Source: an uncultured Acidobacteriota bacterium
GTDB taxonomy: Bacteria; Acidobacteriota; Thermoanaerobaculia; UBA5066
DNA: 64,000 nucleotides
NCBI GenBank assembly: GCA_963721385.1
Contig: CAVRJB010000019.1
Coordinates: forward strand, 981,946-1,045,945
Reading direction: 5' to 3'
Under the pieces are notes generated by a model. It was not told the DNA's origin, did not search any database, and saw nothing but the letters and a program-made list of their open reading frames with translations. A program made the translations under genes and the position numbers. Below, piece by piece: positions 30,136 to 40,839 of the stretch. The first letter of the stretch is position 1. Every line of letters begins with the position of its first letter.

Positions 30136-33100
30136 TTGACCTCGACTCAGGGAAGAAAGTTCGTTCTCGTGGCACTCGTCGCCATGGCGGCCGGAGCATT
30201 CCACGGGGGCGCCCTCGCGGACCACGCGGACTGCCCGCCCGACAAGCCGAACCTGAACGGCCCGAGCAGCGTCCTCGCGACCGAGAGCTACTCGATCTCG
30301 TGGTCGAGCGTTCTCGAAGGCGCGGACACGGAGAACGACTACTTCGTCGTCGAGCGCTCCGCGGACCCGGCCTTCGCGGCCGCCGTCGAGCGCACGTCGA
30401 CGACGCGGACGTCCCTCTCCTTCAAGGCGCCCGGCGCGAACGCCGTCACGACGCCTGTCCTGTACCACCGGATCGTCGTGCACAGCTCGTGTCCGACCAT
30501 GTCTCTGATGGCAGTCGTCTCGAACACGCTGAAGGTGACGTTTCGCCTCGACTGCCCCGTTCCCGACTCCGCGCCGGCGCTGACGGTCAGCGCCATGAAC
30601 CCGCCGGCCCTCTCGACGTACGTCGTCTCGTGGACGAACTTCGGCAGCGGCTCCGCCGGCCCGGGCGGGGGGTATGCCGGTCTGAAGTTCCGCCTTCGGC
30701 GGACAGCGCCGGACGGCGTCAAGGAGAGCCTGACGGACAGCAGCTCGGCTTCGTTCGCCGACTGGCCCGGCGTCTATCTTTACGAGGTGCGGGCCGAGTC
30801 GGTCTGCGGCGCGGCCGGGCCCTGGTCGCCCGCGGTCCGCGTGGTCGTCGGGTATTCACCGACGGAGCTCCTTCTCATCTCGGAGCCGAAGCCGATCGTC
30901 GTCGTCGGAGGCCCTGCGGGCGCGGAGAGCCTCGTAACGCGGTTCACGGTGAAGAACGGCGGCCTCCTGGCCGTCGGCGTCTCCGCTGCGGTCGACCAGC
31001 CGTTCCTGTCGGTCAGCCCGGTGGCCTTCGGCCTCGCGCCCGAGGAAACGCGGGAGATCGCGGTGACGATGGCCCTGACGTCGAACGTCCCGGCCGGCGG
31101 CACCGGCACGGTGACGCTGAGAGCCGCGGAGGCGGTGCTGACGGTCCCGATCTCGTTCTTCATCGCGGCGAACCCGGCGGCGTTTCCCGTCGTCTGGAGC
31201 GACGTGGACGCCGACGTGAATGCCCGCGGCGATTCCTTCGTCCGGTCGATCGTGAATCCGAATGCGACGGCGGCCGCGTTCCTCGCCCTCGTCCGCCAGC
31301 CGTGGGTGGCGGTCCAGTCGCTCGACGGCCAGCCGTGGCAGAGGCCAATGGCGGCCGGCGAGGTGCGGACGGTGCGCCTTTCGATCGACCGCTCGAAGAG
31401 ACGCTCGCCGATGGGAACCGAGGTCGCGACCATCACGTTGTTCACCGGGGGCCGCCCCGATCTGGCGAGCAATCTCGTCGTCGTGGACGACGGCCCGCCG
31501 CCGCCCTATACCGTGGGACCCGCGATGCCGGGGGGTCCGGGGGGAGGAGGCTCCCCGGCGGGCCCATCGCCGGCCACACGCATTCTCTTCCCGTCGCTGC
31601 CCAACGCCGTCGACGCGAAGGGAATCGGGCGCTTCACGTCCGACGTCTGGCTGACGAACACCGATGCGGCGAAGTCCGCCGACGTCACGATGCTGATGTC
31701 GCCCGTCCTCCCGCACTACGGGCCCGGCCCCGGCGTGCCGTACGACACCCAGCAAGTCTGGCGCCTCGACCTGACGCTCGCGCCGGGCGAGACGCGCCGC
31801 TTCCGAAACCTCCTGCGGCTCATGGACTACGAGGGGGCGTGCTCGGCCGAGATCCGTTCGAACGCGACCACGGTCAGCGCGACCGCCGTCGTCAACAACC
31901 AGCCGCTCGCCGACGCGCCGGCTTCGCGCGTCGCGCTGGCGGGCGAGACGCCGCTGCTCGCCGGGTCGGCGCCCCGCACCTTCGGCTCGGAGATGCGCCC
32001 CGTGGCCCCGGGCGAGGGAGCGCGGAACGGCGGATCCGGCTTACGCCGTCTCCGGACTCGAGTTCGACGCGAACCGGCGGACGAACCTGCTCCTCGCCGA
32101 GACGTCGGGTTACGACACGACGATCCGCGTCCAGCTCTTCCAGTCGAACGGCTCGCCCGTGACGAAGGGAGGGCAGCCCGTCGACTTCAAGCAGCTGGTG
32201 CCGGCGGGCCAGACCGTCCAGGTCAACTACCCGGACCTCTTCGAGGACGGGGCCGCCTACGCGAGCGCGTACTCCTGGGGTCTCGTCACGTTCGACTCGA
32301 GCGCCACCGACTCCTTCGGCGTCCCGGCGGGGTCGGTCGTTCCGCTCGCCACGGTGATCGACAACCGGACGCAGGACACCTCCCTCCGCGTCGGCACCTC
32401 GACCCGCTCGCTGAACCCGGTCCTGCAGCCGGCGGCCCGGGCGGCGCCGGCCGGGCGCGAGGCGCTGTCGGTCTCCGAGCCGCAGACGACGCTGCCGTTC
32501 GACGGCGGCCCGGCGCCCCTCTTCTTCCCGGCCGCGCACGCCGTCGGCGCGCCGCTCGCGAGCGGGAACGCACCGGTCTGGAGAACGCGCGTGACGCTGA
32601 CGAACACGTCGACGGCGCAGCGGCAGGTGCAGCTGACGTTCGTGGACCAGGTGGGCGGCGCGATCCCGGGCGCGACCTTCGGCGTCGGCCTGACGCCGCA
32701 GGGCGTCTTTTCGTCCGAGGACCTCCTCGTCCAGGCCTTCGGGACGCCGGAGGCAGGCCGCGCGTACGGCGGCGTCCGGATCGAGAACGTCAAGAACCCG
32801 GACGGTTCGTGGTTCAGCACCTGGCAGGACGTCGACGTCCAGACCGAGGTCTACACCGTCGACCCGAACGCCTCGTCGGCGCCTCTCGGGGAGTTCCGGA
32901 CCGGGATGGAGGCCTACCCGTACTGGCACGGCTACTCGTCGTTCCAGTCGAACCTCGGGACGGTCGCGATGGAGGGGGCGGAGACGTCGTCGCGCTACCG
33001 GACGAACCTGATCCTGCAGGAGGTCGGCGGAGCTCTGTGCGAGGTCTCCGTCGCGGCCTACCTCCCTGGCTCGTTCACGCCGGTCGCGCAGACGACCGTC

Positions 33101-33307
33101 ACGCTCAGGGCGTTCGACTATTTCTCGCAGGAGCTCTTCAAGAGCGTCCTCGGCCTGAACCTGGCGGAGCTGACCGACGTGAGGATCGTGGTCCGCCAGA
33201 CCTCGGGCGACGGAGTCTTCCTGGCGTTCGCCTCGAAGATCAACCTCGCCACGGGCGACCCCGCCAACATCTTCCTGCGCCCCGCCCTCGCCGGCACGGG
33301 GCGGTGA
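30136..33307 (+). CDS. Large secreted beta-sandwich protein (~1050 aa; FN3/Ig-like N-terminal half plus four C-terminal repeat modules), frameshift near 32025
   Basis: Signal peptide RKFVLVALVAMAAGAFHGGALA; FN3-like strands (YEVRAESVCG...GPWS). After the shift the frame reads ADPAYAVSGLEFDANRRTNLLLAET and joins ORF 32159-33307. Confidence 0.75.
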
Positions 33308-34746
33308 CGGCGTTGGAGGCCCGGCGCCCCGGATTCATCGCCCACTACCGGATCCTGAAGCGGATCGGCCGCGGGGGGATGGGGATCGTCTACCAGGCGG
33401 TGGACGAGCGGGACGGCCGGCTCATCGCCCTGAAGGTGATCCGTGACGCCGAGACCGGGGGCGCAGAGGGAGAGCGCCACGCGCACGAGGCGCGCGTCCG
33501 CTTCGACCGCGAGGCGGAGATCCTGAAGAGCCTCCTCCACGTCAACGTCGTGGCGTTCGACGAGATCGGCGAGGAGGATGGGACGCCGTGGCTCGCGATG
33601 GAGTATCTCGACGGTGTGGCGGTCACGTCTCTCGCGGGGCGCCCGTGGACCGAGACGGTGCCGCTCCTCGTTCAGGCGGCGCACGGGCTGGAATACCTGG
33701 CCTCCCGCGGCATCGTCCACCGCGACCTCTCGCCCGACAACATTCTCGTCATCGAGCGGGGCGGCGAGCGTTTCGTGAAGCTCCTCGACTTCGGCGTCGC
33801 GAAGCTGTTCGACCGGACGGCGGGGCTCGACTCGCTCACGGCGACGGGCTTCTTCCTCGGCAAGGTGGCCTACGGGTCGCCGGAGCAGCTCGGCGCGCTC
33901 GGCCACAACGCGACGCTCGACTGGAGGAGCGACGTCTACAGCCTCGGGATCATCTTCTACCAGGTCCTCTCGGGACGGAGGCCGTTCGAGGGAAAGGCGC
34001 CGGTCGAGTACATCGCGGCGCACCTGAACACCGAGCCCGCGCCCGTTGCGGCTCCGCCCGAGATGCCGCCGCTCCCGATGGACCTCGTGCGGCTCGTTTC
34101 GCAGATGCTGGCCAAGCACCGGGAGGACCGGCCCGCGTCGTGGCGCGAGATCGTCGACCGCCTCGTCGCCGTCCTCCGCGACGCAGGCCAGCCGGTCCGG
34201 ACGCCCACCGAGCCCCTCCCGGCGCCGCTCCTTGCGGCCCCGCCGACGACGCGGACGTCCCTCGTCTCGCATGGCGACGGCTCGGCCCCCGGCCCCCCGC
34301 CTCCTCGGCGCGCGCTCGTCTGGGCGGGCGCGGTCGCCGGGCTCCTGCTGGTCGGCGGTGTGGCCTGGGAGGTCCTCCGGTCGGCTTCGGCGCCTCCGGT
34401 TACGGCGCCGGCGCCGGTCCCCCGCCGTGCCGCGAAAGTCTCTCCTGCACTTCCGGCGCCGGCGCCCGCGGCGGCTCCTGGCCGGCTGCAAATCTACGCC
34501 ACGCCCTGGGCCCGCGTCGTCTCGATCGTCGACGTCGCCACGGGGCGCCCGCTGCCGCTCGCCGACGGCACCGAAACGCCGTGCGTCCTCGAGTCGGTCG
34601 CGCCGGGCACGTACCGCGTCCTCCTCTCCTCCCCGCCGGCCGGACAAAAGAGCGTGGAAAAGACCGTCACGGTGGCGCCGGGCGGGACGGCTTTCCTCTC
34701 GGAGGCGTTCCTCTCGAACGCGGCGCTCGTCGACTCGCTCCGGTGA
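33304..34746 (+). CDS. Hanks-type Ser/Thr kinase with TM helix and C-terminal PEGA-like domain
   Basis: GTGA overlap; IGRGGMGIVY, ALKVI, HRDLSPDN, DFGVAK, GKVAYGSPEQ, SDVYSLG; TM LVWAGAVAGLLLVGGVAW; GRLQIYATPWARV...APGTYRV. Confidence 0.93.
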   Translation: MTALEARRPGFIAHYRILKRIGRGGMGIVYQAVDERDGRLIALKVIRDAETGGAEGERHAHEARVRFDREAEILKSLLHVNVVAFDEIGEEDGTPWLAMEYLDGVAVTSLAGRPWTETVPLLVQAAHGLEYLASRGIVHRDLSPDNILVIERGGERFVKLLDFGVAKLFDRTAGLDSLTATGFFLGKVAYGSPEQLGALGHNATLDWRSDVYSLGIIFYQVLSGRRPFEGKAPVEYIAAHLNTEPAPVAAPPEMPPLPMDLVRLVSQMLAKHREDRPASWREIVDRLVAVLRDAGQPVRTPTEPLPAPLLAAPPTTRTSLVSHGDGSAPGPPPPRRALVWAGAVAGLLLVGGVAWEVLRSASAPPVTAPAPVPRRAAKVSPALPAPAPAAAPGRLQIYATPWARVVSIVDVATGRPLPLADGTETPCVLESVAPGTYRVLLSSPPAGQKSVEKTVTVAPGGTAFLSEAFLSNAALVDSLR

Positions 34747-34771
34747 GACAATCGCCGGGAGCCTCCCGACG

Positions 34772-36214
34772 ATGCGCTTCCCGAAGACGACCGCGACCGC
34801 GCTGCTCGCCGCCGCCTCTCTCGCCCCGCTTCCGGCCCGCGCGCAGATCGATTCCGCCCTCCTCTCGAAACTGTCGTTCAACCTGACGAACCCCGGAGGC
34901 AAGTCCCTCGCGATGGGGGGCGCCTTCACGGCGATCGCGGACGACACGACCGCGGCGCTCGCGAACCCCGCCGGCCTCGGGCTCCTCTCCTCGATCGAGT
35001 TCGGCATCTCGGCGAAGGGAATCGACGAGACGATCGGCCTCGTGACCGCGCAGTCGGCGGCCACAGGGAGCCTCACGGCGCCCTGGTCGCCGGTCCACGC
35101 GAGCCAGTCGCCGTTCACGTCGAGCAGCGTCGGCGTCGAGTACGCGGGGCTCGTCGTTCCCGTCTCCCGGCGGGTCGTCCTCGCCCTGAGCTACGCCGAG
35201 AACCTCCGGTTCGAAGGGGAAGCCGGCGGAGACGGCTACTCGTACATCGACTTCCGCGACAACCGCACGGGCGGCGTCACGCGGCGCGACATCCTCTACG
35301 AGTACCGGGAGTTCGGCGCGGTCGAGCTCCGGAACCGGCTCCTCGCCCTCTCCGTCGGCTACCGGCTGACGGAGCGGATCCGGCTCGGGGCGGGGCTGAC
35401 GCTCAACAAGACGACGTTCGAGCTGAACGGCGACGCGCAGGGGCCTCACCGGATCGTGAACACGACCTACGTCTCGGCCGTCGCCGTCGACACGCGGACG
35501 CTCCTGATGCAGGTCGACGACTTCGGCGGCACGAAGCCGGGCTTCATCCTCGGGCTCCACGCGGACCTCGACGCCCGGGGGATGGCCACCGTCGGCGCCT
35601 CGTACCGGAGCGGCGCGAAGACGAACGGGACGCTCGTGATCGGAGGCGACGTCCCCACGGCGCTCGCGGAGCAGACGTCGCGGCCGTTCACGTTCTCGGT
35701 GCCGCAGGACGCGAGCGTCGGCGTCGCCGTCCGGCCGGTGCCCGGCATGACGATCGCGGCCGAGGCGCAGTGGATCGACTACGGCAGCATCTTCGACCGG
35801 CAGCTGCCGATCCAGTCCTTCAGCGGCTTCGTCGGCCCGCCCCCGGGCTTTCCGGTGGAGGGCGCGCTCGCTCAGGTGTCGCCGTCGAGAAACGCCTGGG
35901 TGCCGCGCGTCGGGCTGGAGTACGTCGCGGCCGCGGGCGCGACGCGCGTCGCCTTCCGCGTCGGCTACCACCTCGAGCCGGCCCACGGTGCGACGGCCGC
36001 GCTCGTCTTCCAGGACTCGCAGGGTCAAGCGTTCTCCATGACCGATCCGCCGTTCTCGTCGGGCGTCGGAGCCGTCTTCGACGGCGGAAAAGCCGACAAC
36101 CGGTTCTCCGGCGGCCTCGGCGTGACGGTGGCTCGCTCGCTCTCGATCGACCTCGCCTTCGACGTCGGCAAGACGTCGCAGCGCTTCGCGGGGAGCCTCT
36201 TCTACCGCTTCTAG
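34772..36214 (+). CDS. FadL/OmpP1/PorV-like outer-membrane beta-barrel protein
   Basis: Signal peptide ending ARA-Q; NPGGKSLAMGGAFTAIADDTTAALANPAGL; amphipathic strands; C-terminal SLFYRF. Confidence 0.85.
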   Translation: MRFPKTTATALLAAASLAPLPARAQIDSALLSKLSFNLTNPGGKSLAMGGAFTAIADDTTAALANPAGLGLLSSIEFGISAKGIDETIGLVTAQSAATGSLTAPWSPVHASQSPFTSSSVGVEYAGLVVPVSRRVVLALSYAENLRFEGEAGGDGYSYIDFRDNRTGGVTRRDILYEYREFGAVELRNRLLALSVGYRLTERIRLGAGLTLNKTTFELNGDAQGPHRIVNTTYVSAVAVDTRTLLMQVDDFGGTKPGFILGLHADLDARGMATVGASYRSGAKTNGTLVIGGDVPTALAEQTSRPFTFSVPQDASVGVAVRPVPGMTIAAEAQWIDYGSIFDRQLPIQSFSGFVGPPPGFPVEGALAQVSPSRNAWVPRVGLEYVAAAGATRVAFRVGYHLEPAHGATAALVFQDSQGQAFSMTDPPFSSGVGAVFDGGKADNRFSGGLGVTVARSLSIDLAFDVGKTSQRFAGSLFYRF

Positions 36215-36224
36215 AACGAAGGGC

Positions 36225-36425
36225 TCAGGTGGTTTCTTTCCGGGCGAGCGAGTACGCCCAGAGGCAGAGGCCGCCCGCCCCCGGGAAGCCGAGCCACGAG
36301 ACCCAGAGCGGAACGACTGTTGCCCCGATGAGGACGGGCTCGCTGGTGAAGAGCCGGAGCAGGTGAAGCATCGCGACGACGAGGAAGATCGTCCCCGAAA
36401 GGAGCAGATAGGGCCTGCGATTCAT
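36225..36425 (-). CDS. Small two-TM membrane protein (66 aa)
   Basis: Two hydrophobic segments: IFLVVAMLHLLRL and PLWVSW. Confidence 0.65.
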   Translation of the reverse strand: MNRRPYLLLSGTIFLVVAMLHLLRLFTSEPVLIGATVVPLWVSWLGFPGAGGLCLWAYSLARKETT

Positions 36426-36488
36426 GATGTGGGTCCTTCTCTAACCCTCGATGCCGTCCTCAGAGTTGCGGAGCGGAGCGCTCCTCTT

Positions 36489-36910
36489 TCACTTGATATG
36501 GTAGCCGGAGACCCTCCAGGTGCCGTCCTTGTCCTTCATGGGCGTGACGGTCTCGATCGCGGCGGCCTTGTTCTCGAACTGCGCGTCGAACTGAATGACC
36601 ACGTACTCGCCATCCGGCGCGCCGGGAAGGGTGCGGGCGAACGTGGCCGACTTGACCTTCCGGGCCTTCAGCGCTCCAAGCGGTGCTCGGACGCCCTTGA
36701 CGGCCTTCTCCCAGGCGGCCTTCGTGACGGCGGCCTTGAAGAGGGACGCCGCTTCGTCCCAGCTCTGGCCGTACTTGCCGTCGTCGACCAGGACGAGCCA
36801 GCTTTTGGCAGCAACCTGGCCTTGAGCGACGGCATCTGTGTCGGCGGCCGGCGCCGAGAAGACCAACGAGGAGGAGCGTCGCGGCGACAACGGCACAAAG
36901 GCTTCTTCAT
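36489..36910 (-). CDS. DUF4019-family secreted protein, with indel(s) in the signal-peptide region
   Basis: SWLVLVDDGKYGQSW, LPGAPDGEYVVIQF, ETVTPM...WRVSGYHIK. AAGGAG precedes ATG 36910 (MKKP...), which is out of frame with the domain. Confidence 0.8.
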
Positions 36911-37073
36911 GGCGATCTCCTTACGAAGTGACCCGGCAGGTGCGAAACCGGCGGCAAGCTAACGATACCTCTCTCAGCGGCGGGCGCAAAGGTATCGGTC
37001 GATTCGGGTCAGAGTCGAAGCGGACCTCGCCAGGGGGTTTGTGGCCTTGGTTAGAATCTGCGGCGCAGTACCG

Positions 37074-37516
37074 ATGTACGCGATCGTCCTTCTGGCCCAG
37101 ATCGCCGCGGCACCAACGCCGGTGGCCGAGCCGGCGGCGACACCGCCGGCACGCCGTCGGCGCGGGCATCCGGGTCAGTCTCGGCGGCGCCGAGGACGCT
37201 CGCGGACGTCGCCCGCGAGAGGAAGCTCGGAAACAAGGGCGTCGAGGGCGGAACGCTCTCGGTCGCGGGCACGTCTGGCTCGCCCGCCAGCGCGACCGGC
37301 GGGAAGCCGACTCAGCCGCCTTCTCCCGCCTCGCAGGCGAAGGCTCGCGTGCGCGCCGCCGAGGCCGAGGTTCGGGCGGCACGCCGGGCGCTCGACGAAA
37401 CGGTAGCGCGCACAGGGATGACGTCCGAGGACGCGGCGGTGAAGCGCGCGCGAGTCATGCTGGCGCGAAAAGAGCTCGCCGAAGCCAAGGACGCTGCGGC
37501 GCTCGCCAAGCGCTGA
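37074..37516 (+). CDS. Hypothetical secreted protein, frameshifted near 37150-37195
   Basis: MYAIVLLAQIAAAPTPVAEP..., then another frame gives RTLADVARERKLG...coiled-coil...AAALAKR-TGA(37514-37516). Confidence 0.5.
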
Positions 37517-37532
37517 CCTCCCGGTCCGGCGG

Positions 37533-38462
37533 TCAGGACAGCGTCCGGAAGTAGGCGATCGTCTCCTCGAGCCCGGCCTCGAGGGGGACCTTCGGCTCCC
37601 AGCCGAGGAGTGTCCGGGCTTTCGTGATGTCGGGGCGGCGCTGCTTCGGGTCGTCGACGGGGAGCGGCCGGCGGACGATCGGCGCGGGCGTCCCGGTCAG
37701 CTTCTTGATCGTCTCCGCGAACTCGAGGACGGTCATCTCGGTCGGGTTGCCGACGTTGACCGGCTCGCGAATGTCCGACATCAGGAGCCGGACGATGCCG
37801 TCGATCAGGTCGGAGACGAAGCAGAAGGAGCGGGTCTGGGAGCCGTCGCCGAAGACGGTCAGCGGCTCGTTCTTCAGCGCCTGCCCGATGAGGGACGGGA
37901 CGATCCGCCCGTCGTTCGGGCGCATCCGCGGTCCGTACGTGTTGAAGATCCGGACGATCCGCGTGTCGATGCGGTGGAAGTCGCGGTAGGCGACGGTCAT
38001 CGCCTCGGCGAAGCGCTTCGCCTCGTCATAGCAGCCGCGTGGCCCGACGGGGTTGACGTTCCCCCAGTAGCTCTCGGGCTGCGGGTGGACGAGCGGGTCG
38101 CCGTAGATCTCCGAGGTGGAGGCGAGGAGGAAGCGCGCCTTCTTCGCCCGGGCGAGACCCAGCGCCTTGTGCGTTCCGAGCGCCCCGACCTTCAGCGTCT
38201 GGATCGGGATCTGGAGGTAGTCGATCGGGGAGGCGGGCGAAGCGAAGTGGAGGATCGCGTCGACGGCGCCGTCGAGGTAGATGTACTCGGTGACGTCGTG
38301 GAAGACGAAGCGGAACTTACGGTTCCCGGCGAGGTGCGCGATGTTTCGCTCGTGCCCCGTGACGAGGTTGTCGAGAGCGACGACCTCGTGCCCCTCCGCG
38401 AGGAGCCGGTCCGCGAGGTGACTGCCGAGGAACCCCGCGGCTCCCGTGACGACGATGCGCAC
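37533..38462 (-). CDS. uxs: UDP-glucuronate decarboxylase (UDP-xylose synthase family)
   Basis: [69 protein letters not shown]. Confidence 0.92.
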   Translation of the reverse strand: MRIVVTGAAGFLGSHLADRLLAEGHEVVALDNLVTGHERNIAHLAGNRKFRFVFHDVTEYIYLDGAVDAILHFASPASPIDYLQIPIQTLKVGALGTHKALGLARAKKARFLLASTSEIYGDPLVHPQPESYWGNVNPVGPRGCYDEAKRFAEAMTVAYRDFHRIDTRIVRIFNTYGPRMRPNDGRIVPSLIGQALKNEPLTVFGDGSQTRSFCFVSDLIDGIVRLLMSDIREPVNVGNPTEMTVLEFAETIKKLTGTPAPIVRRPLPVDDPKQRRPDITKARTLLGWEPKVPLEAGLEETIAYFRTLS

Positions 38463-38467
38463 CGGAC

Positions 38468-39766
38468 CTAGGCCCTCCCCAGGCCCACGTAGTTCCAGCC
38501 CAGCTTTTTCATCAGGGCCGGCTCGTAGAGGTTCCTGAGGTCGACGAAGTTCTTCGCCGCCATGGTCTTCCCGACCTTGTCGAGGTCCAGCTTTCGGAAC
38601 TGGTTCCAGTCGGTGGCGAGGACGAGGGCGTCGGCGCCTTTCAGGCAGGGGATGACGTCGTCAGCCAGCTCGAGGTCGGGCATCTCCTTCCGCGCGTTCT
38701 CCATGGCCGCCGGGTCGTAGGCGATGACGGAGGCGCCTCGCCCCGTCAGGTCGCGGATCAGCTTCAGGCTTGCGCTCTCGCGGATGTCGTCGGTCTCGGG
38801 CTTGAAGGCGATGCCGAGGACGGCGATCCGCTTTCCCTTCACGTTCCCGCAGACCTGCTCGACCTTCTCGATCATCCGCGCCTTCACGGCGTCGTTCACC
38901 TCGAGGACGGTCTCCATGATCCGGAAGCTGTAGCCGCACTTTTTCGCGAGGTCGACGACGGCCGAGGAGTCCTTCGGGAAGCAGGAGCCGCCGTAGCCCG
39001 GGCCGGGCAGGAGGAACGCGGGGGCGATCCGCTTGTCGAGCCCCATCCCGCGGGCGACGTCCTTCACGTCGGCGCCCATCCGCTCGCACATCGCGGCGAT
39101 TTCGTTGATGAAGGTGATCTTCAGGGCGAGGAAGCCGTTCGAGGCGTACTTGATCAGCTCGGCCGACTCGACGTCGGTGACGACCAGGGGAACCCCCGCC
39201 ACGAAGAGCGGCGAGTAGACGTCCTTGACGATGGCGATCGCCTCCTCGTCCCGCGAGCCGATGACGACGCGGTCCGGGCGCATGAAGTCCTCGATGGCCG
39301 ACCCCTCGCGCAGGAACTCGGGGTTCGAGACGACCGAGAACTTGTGCCCCTTCGAGTTCTTCCGGAGAATCTCCTCGATCTGCGCCCCCGTGCCGGTCGG
39401 GACCGTGGACTTCGTCACGACGACCTTGTAGCCGTTCATGTGGGCGGCGATCGACTCGGCCACCTCGAAGATGAAAGAGAGGTCGGGCGATCCGTCCGCC
39501 TTCGGCGGCGTCCCGACCGCAATGAAGATGACGAGCGCCCGCTCGACCGACTCCGCGAGCTCGGTCGTGAAGCGGAGCCGCTTGGCCTTCTCGTTCTTGT
39601 GGATGATCTCCTCGAGCCCCGGCTCGTAGATGGGGGAGATCCCCTTCTTCAGGAGCGCGATCTTGGCCTCGTCCTTGTCGACGCAGGTGACGTCCATGCC
39701 GAAGTCGGCGAGGCAGGCACCGGTCACGAGGCCGACGTAGCCCGTCCCCACCATGCAGATGTTCAT
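38468..39766 (-). CDS. ugd: UDP-glucose 6-dehydrogenase
   Basis: [61 protein letters not shown]. Confidence 0.96.
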   Translation of the reverse strand: MNICMVGTGYVGLVTGACLADFGMDVTCVDKDEAKIALLKKGISPIYEPGLEEIIHKNEKAKRLRFTTELAESVERALVIFIAVGTPPKADGSPDLSFIFEVAESIAAHMNGYKVVVTKSTVPTGTGAQIEEILRKNSKGHKFSVVSNPEFLREGSAIEDFMRPDRVVIGSRDEEAIAIVKDVYSPLFVAGVPLVVTDVESAELIKYASNGFLALKITFINEIAAMCERMGADVKDVARGMGLDKRIAPAFLLPGPGYGGSCFPKDSSAVVDLAKKCGYSFRIMETVLEVNDAVKARMIEKVEQVCGNVKGKRIAVLGIAFKPETDDIRESASLKLIRDLTGRGASVIAYDPAAMENARKEMPDLELADDVIPCLKGADALVLATDWNQFRKLDLDKVGKTMAAKNFVDLRNLYEPALMKKLGWNYVGLGRA

Positions 39767-39814
39767 GTGGCCTGAAATCTCCTCGGCCCGCAGGAGGCGG
39801 GCCCGGCGCGCAGT

Positions 39815-40837
39815 TTACCGTTCTCCGCCCCGGAACGGCCGGCGGAAGAGGTCGAATAGCTGGCGGCGGGAGACCGGCTTCGGCGGCTCCTCGGGCTCGG
39901 GACGGCCCCACGAGAGAGCCGTCGTCCCCCGCGAGGGCAGGTCGTCGACGGGCGCGATGCGGGCCTTCACGATCGACTCGCAGATGCCGTCGAGCGTATG
40001 CACGGGCGCCCAGCCCAGCTTCTCCCGCGCCGCGTCCAGCTTCGCGATTCGCGGGTGGCCGGCCGCGGCGTTCGGAAGCGCGGTGAGAGTCATCTCCTTC
40101 CCCGTCTTTCGCGCGAGAAGCGCCAGGAACGTCCGGGGGTTCACGGCGAGGCCGCCGCCGACGTTGAGCGTCGCCCCGACCGGCCGCCGGCCCAGGGCGA
40201 GGACGACCGCGCGGACGACGTCGTCGACGTGGACGAAGTCCCTCCACCGCTCGTCCTGAAGGAAGGCCTCCTCCTCCGAGAGGATCGCTTCGAACGCCTC
40301 GACCGGGAAGCGCCGCGGCGGAAAGAGCGGGCCGACGACGTCGAACAGGCGGAGGCTGACGAAGGGGAGGCCCAGCTCGGCCAGCCGCCGCTCCTCGATC
40401 AGTTTCGAGGTCAGGGCGATGTCCCCTTTTGCGTCCGGCTCCTCGTCCTCCGAAGCGGGAAGGCCCGTCTCGGCCCCGGGCGCGTAGAGCTCGCCCGTCG
40501 AGAGGTGGACGAAGAGCCCGGTCCCCGCGCTGCGGGAGGCCTTCATCAGGGCGCCCGCGTCGGGCCGGAACGGGTCGAAGAGGGCGGCGTTGACGACCGC
40601 GGCGGGGCGGTGCCGCGAGAAGAGGTCCTCGAGGACGGCGGCGTCCGAGAGGTCGGCTCGCTCCACCGCGGCCCGGGGATGCTTCCCGAAGAGCTCCGCC
40701 CTGTGTTCCTTGACCGCGCGCCCGTCGCCGGAGTCGTCGAAGTGGTCGGCGACGACGACGCGGTCCGCCTCGTCGAGGAGCCCCTTCGCGATCGCCGTTC
40801 CGAGCAGGCCGGCGCCTCCGGCCACGAGGACGAGCAC
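39815..40837 (-). CDS. Extended-SDR NAD-dependent epimerase-like protein, catalytically degenerate
   Basis: VAGGAGLLG Rossmann motif; LRLFDVVGP; RDFVHVDDVVRAV; the YxxxK position reads ALTSK. Confidence 0.75.
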   Translation of the reverse strand: MLVLVAGGAGLLGTAIAKGLLDEADRVVVADHFDDSGDGRAVKEHRAELFGKHPRAAVERADLSDAAVLEDLFSRHRPAAVVNAALFDPFRPDAGALMKASRSAGTGLFVHLSTGELYAPGAETGLPASEDEEPDAKGDIALTSKLIEERRLAELGLPFVSLRLFDVVGPLFPPRRFPVEAFEAILSEEEAFLQDERWRDFVHVDDVVRAVVLALGRRPVGATLNVGGGLAVNPRTFLALLARKTGKEMTLTALPNAAAGHPRIAKLDAAREKLGWAPVHTLDGICESIVKARIAPVDDLPSRGTTALSWGRPEPEEPPKPVSRRQLFDLFRRPFRGGER

Positions 40838-40839
40838 GG

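Noticed and set aside
30136-34746. 1536-aa ORF suggesting a secreted-protein/kinase fusion
   Set aside because: Between ~32030 and 33303 this frame is Arg/Gly/Pro junk, while another frame gives coherent repeat modules ending at TGA 33305-33307. The kinase has its own GTGA-coupled start. The fusion is a frameshift artefact.
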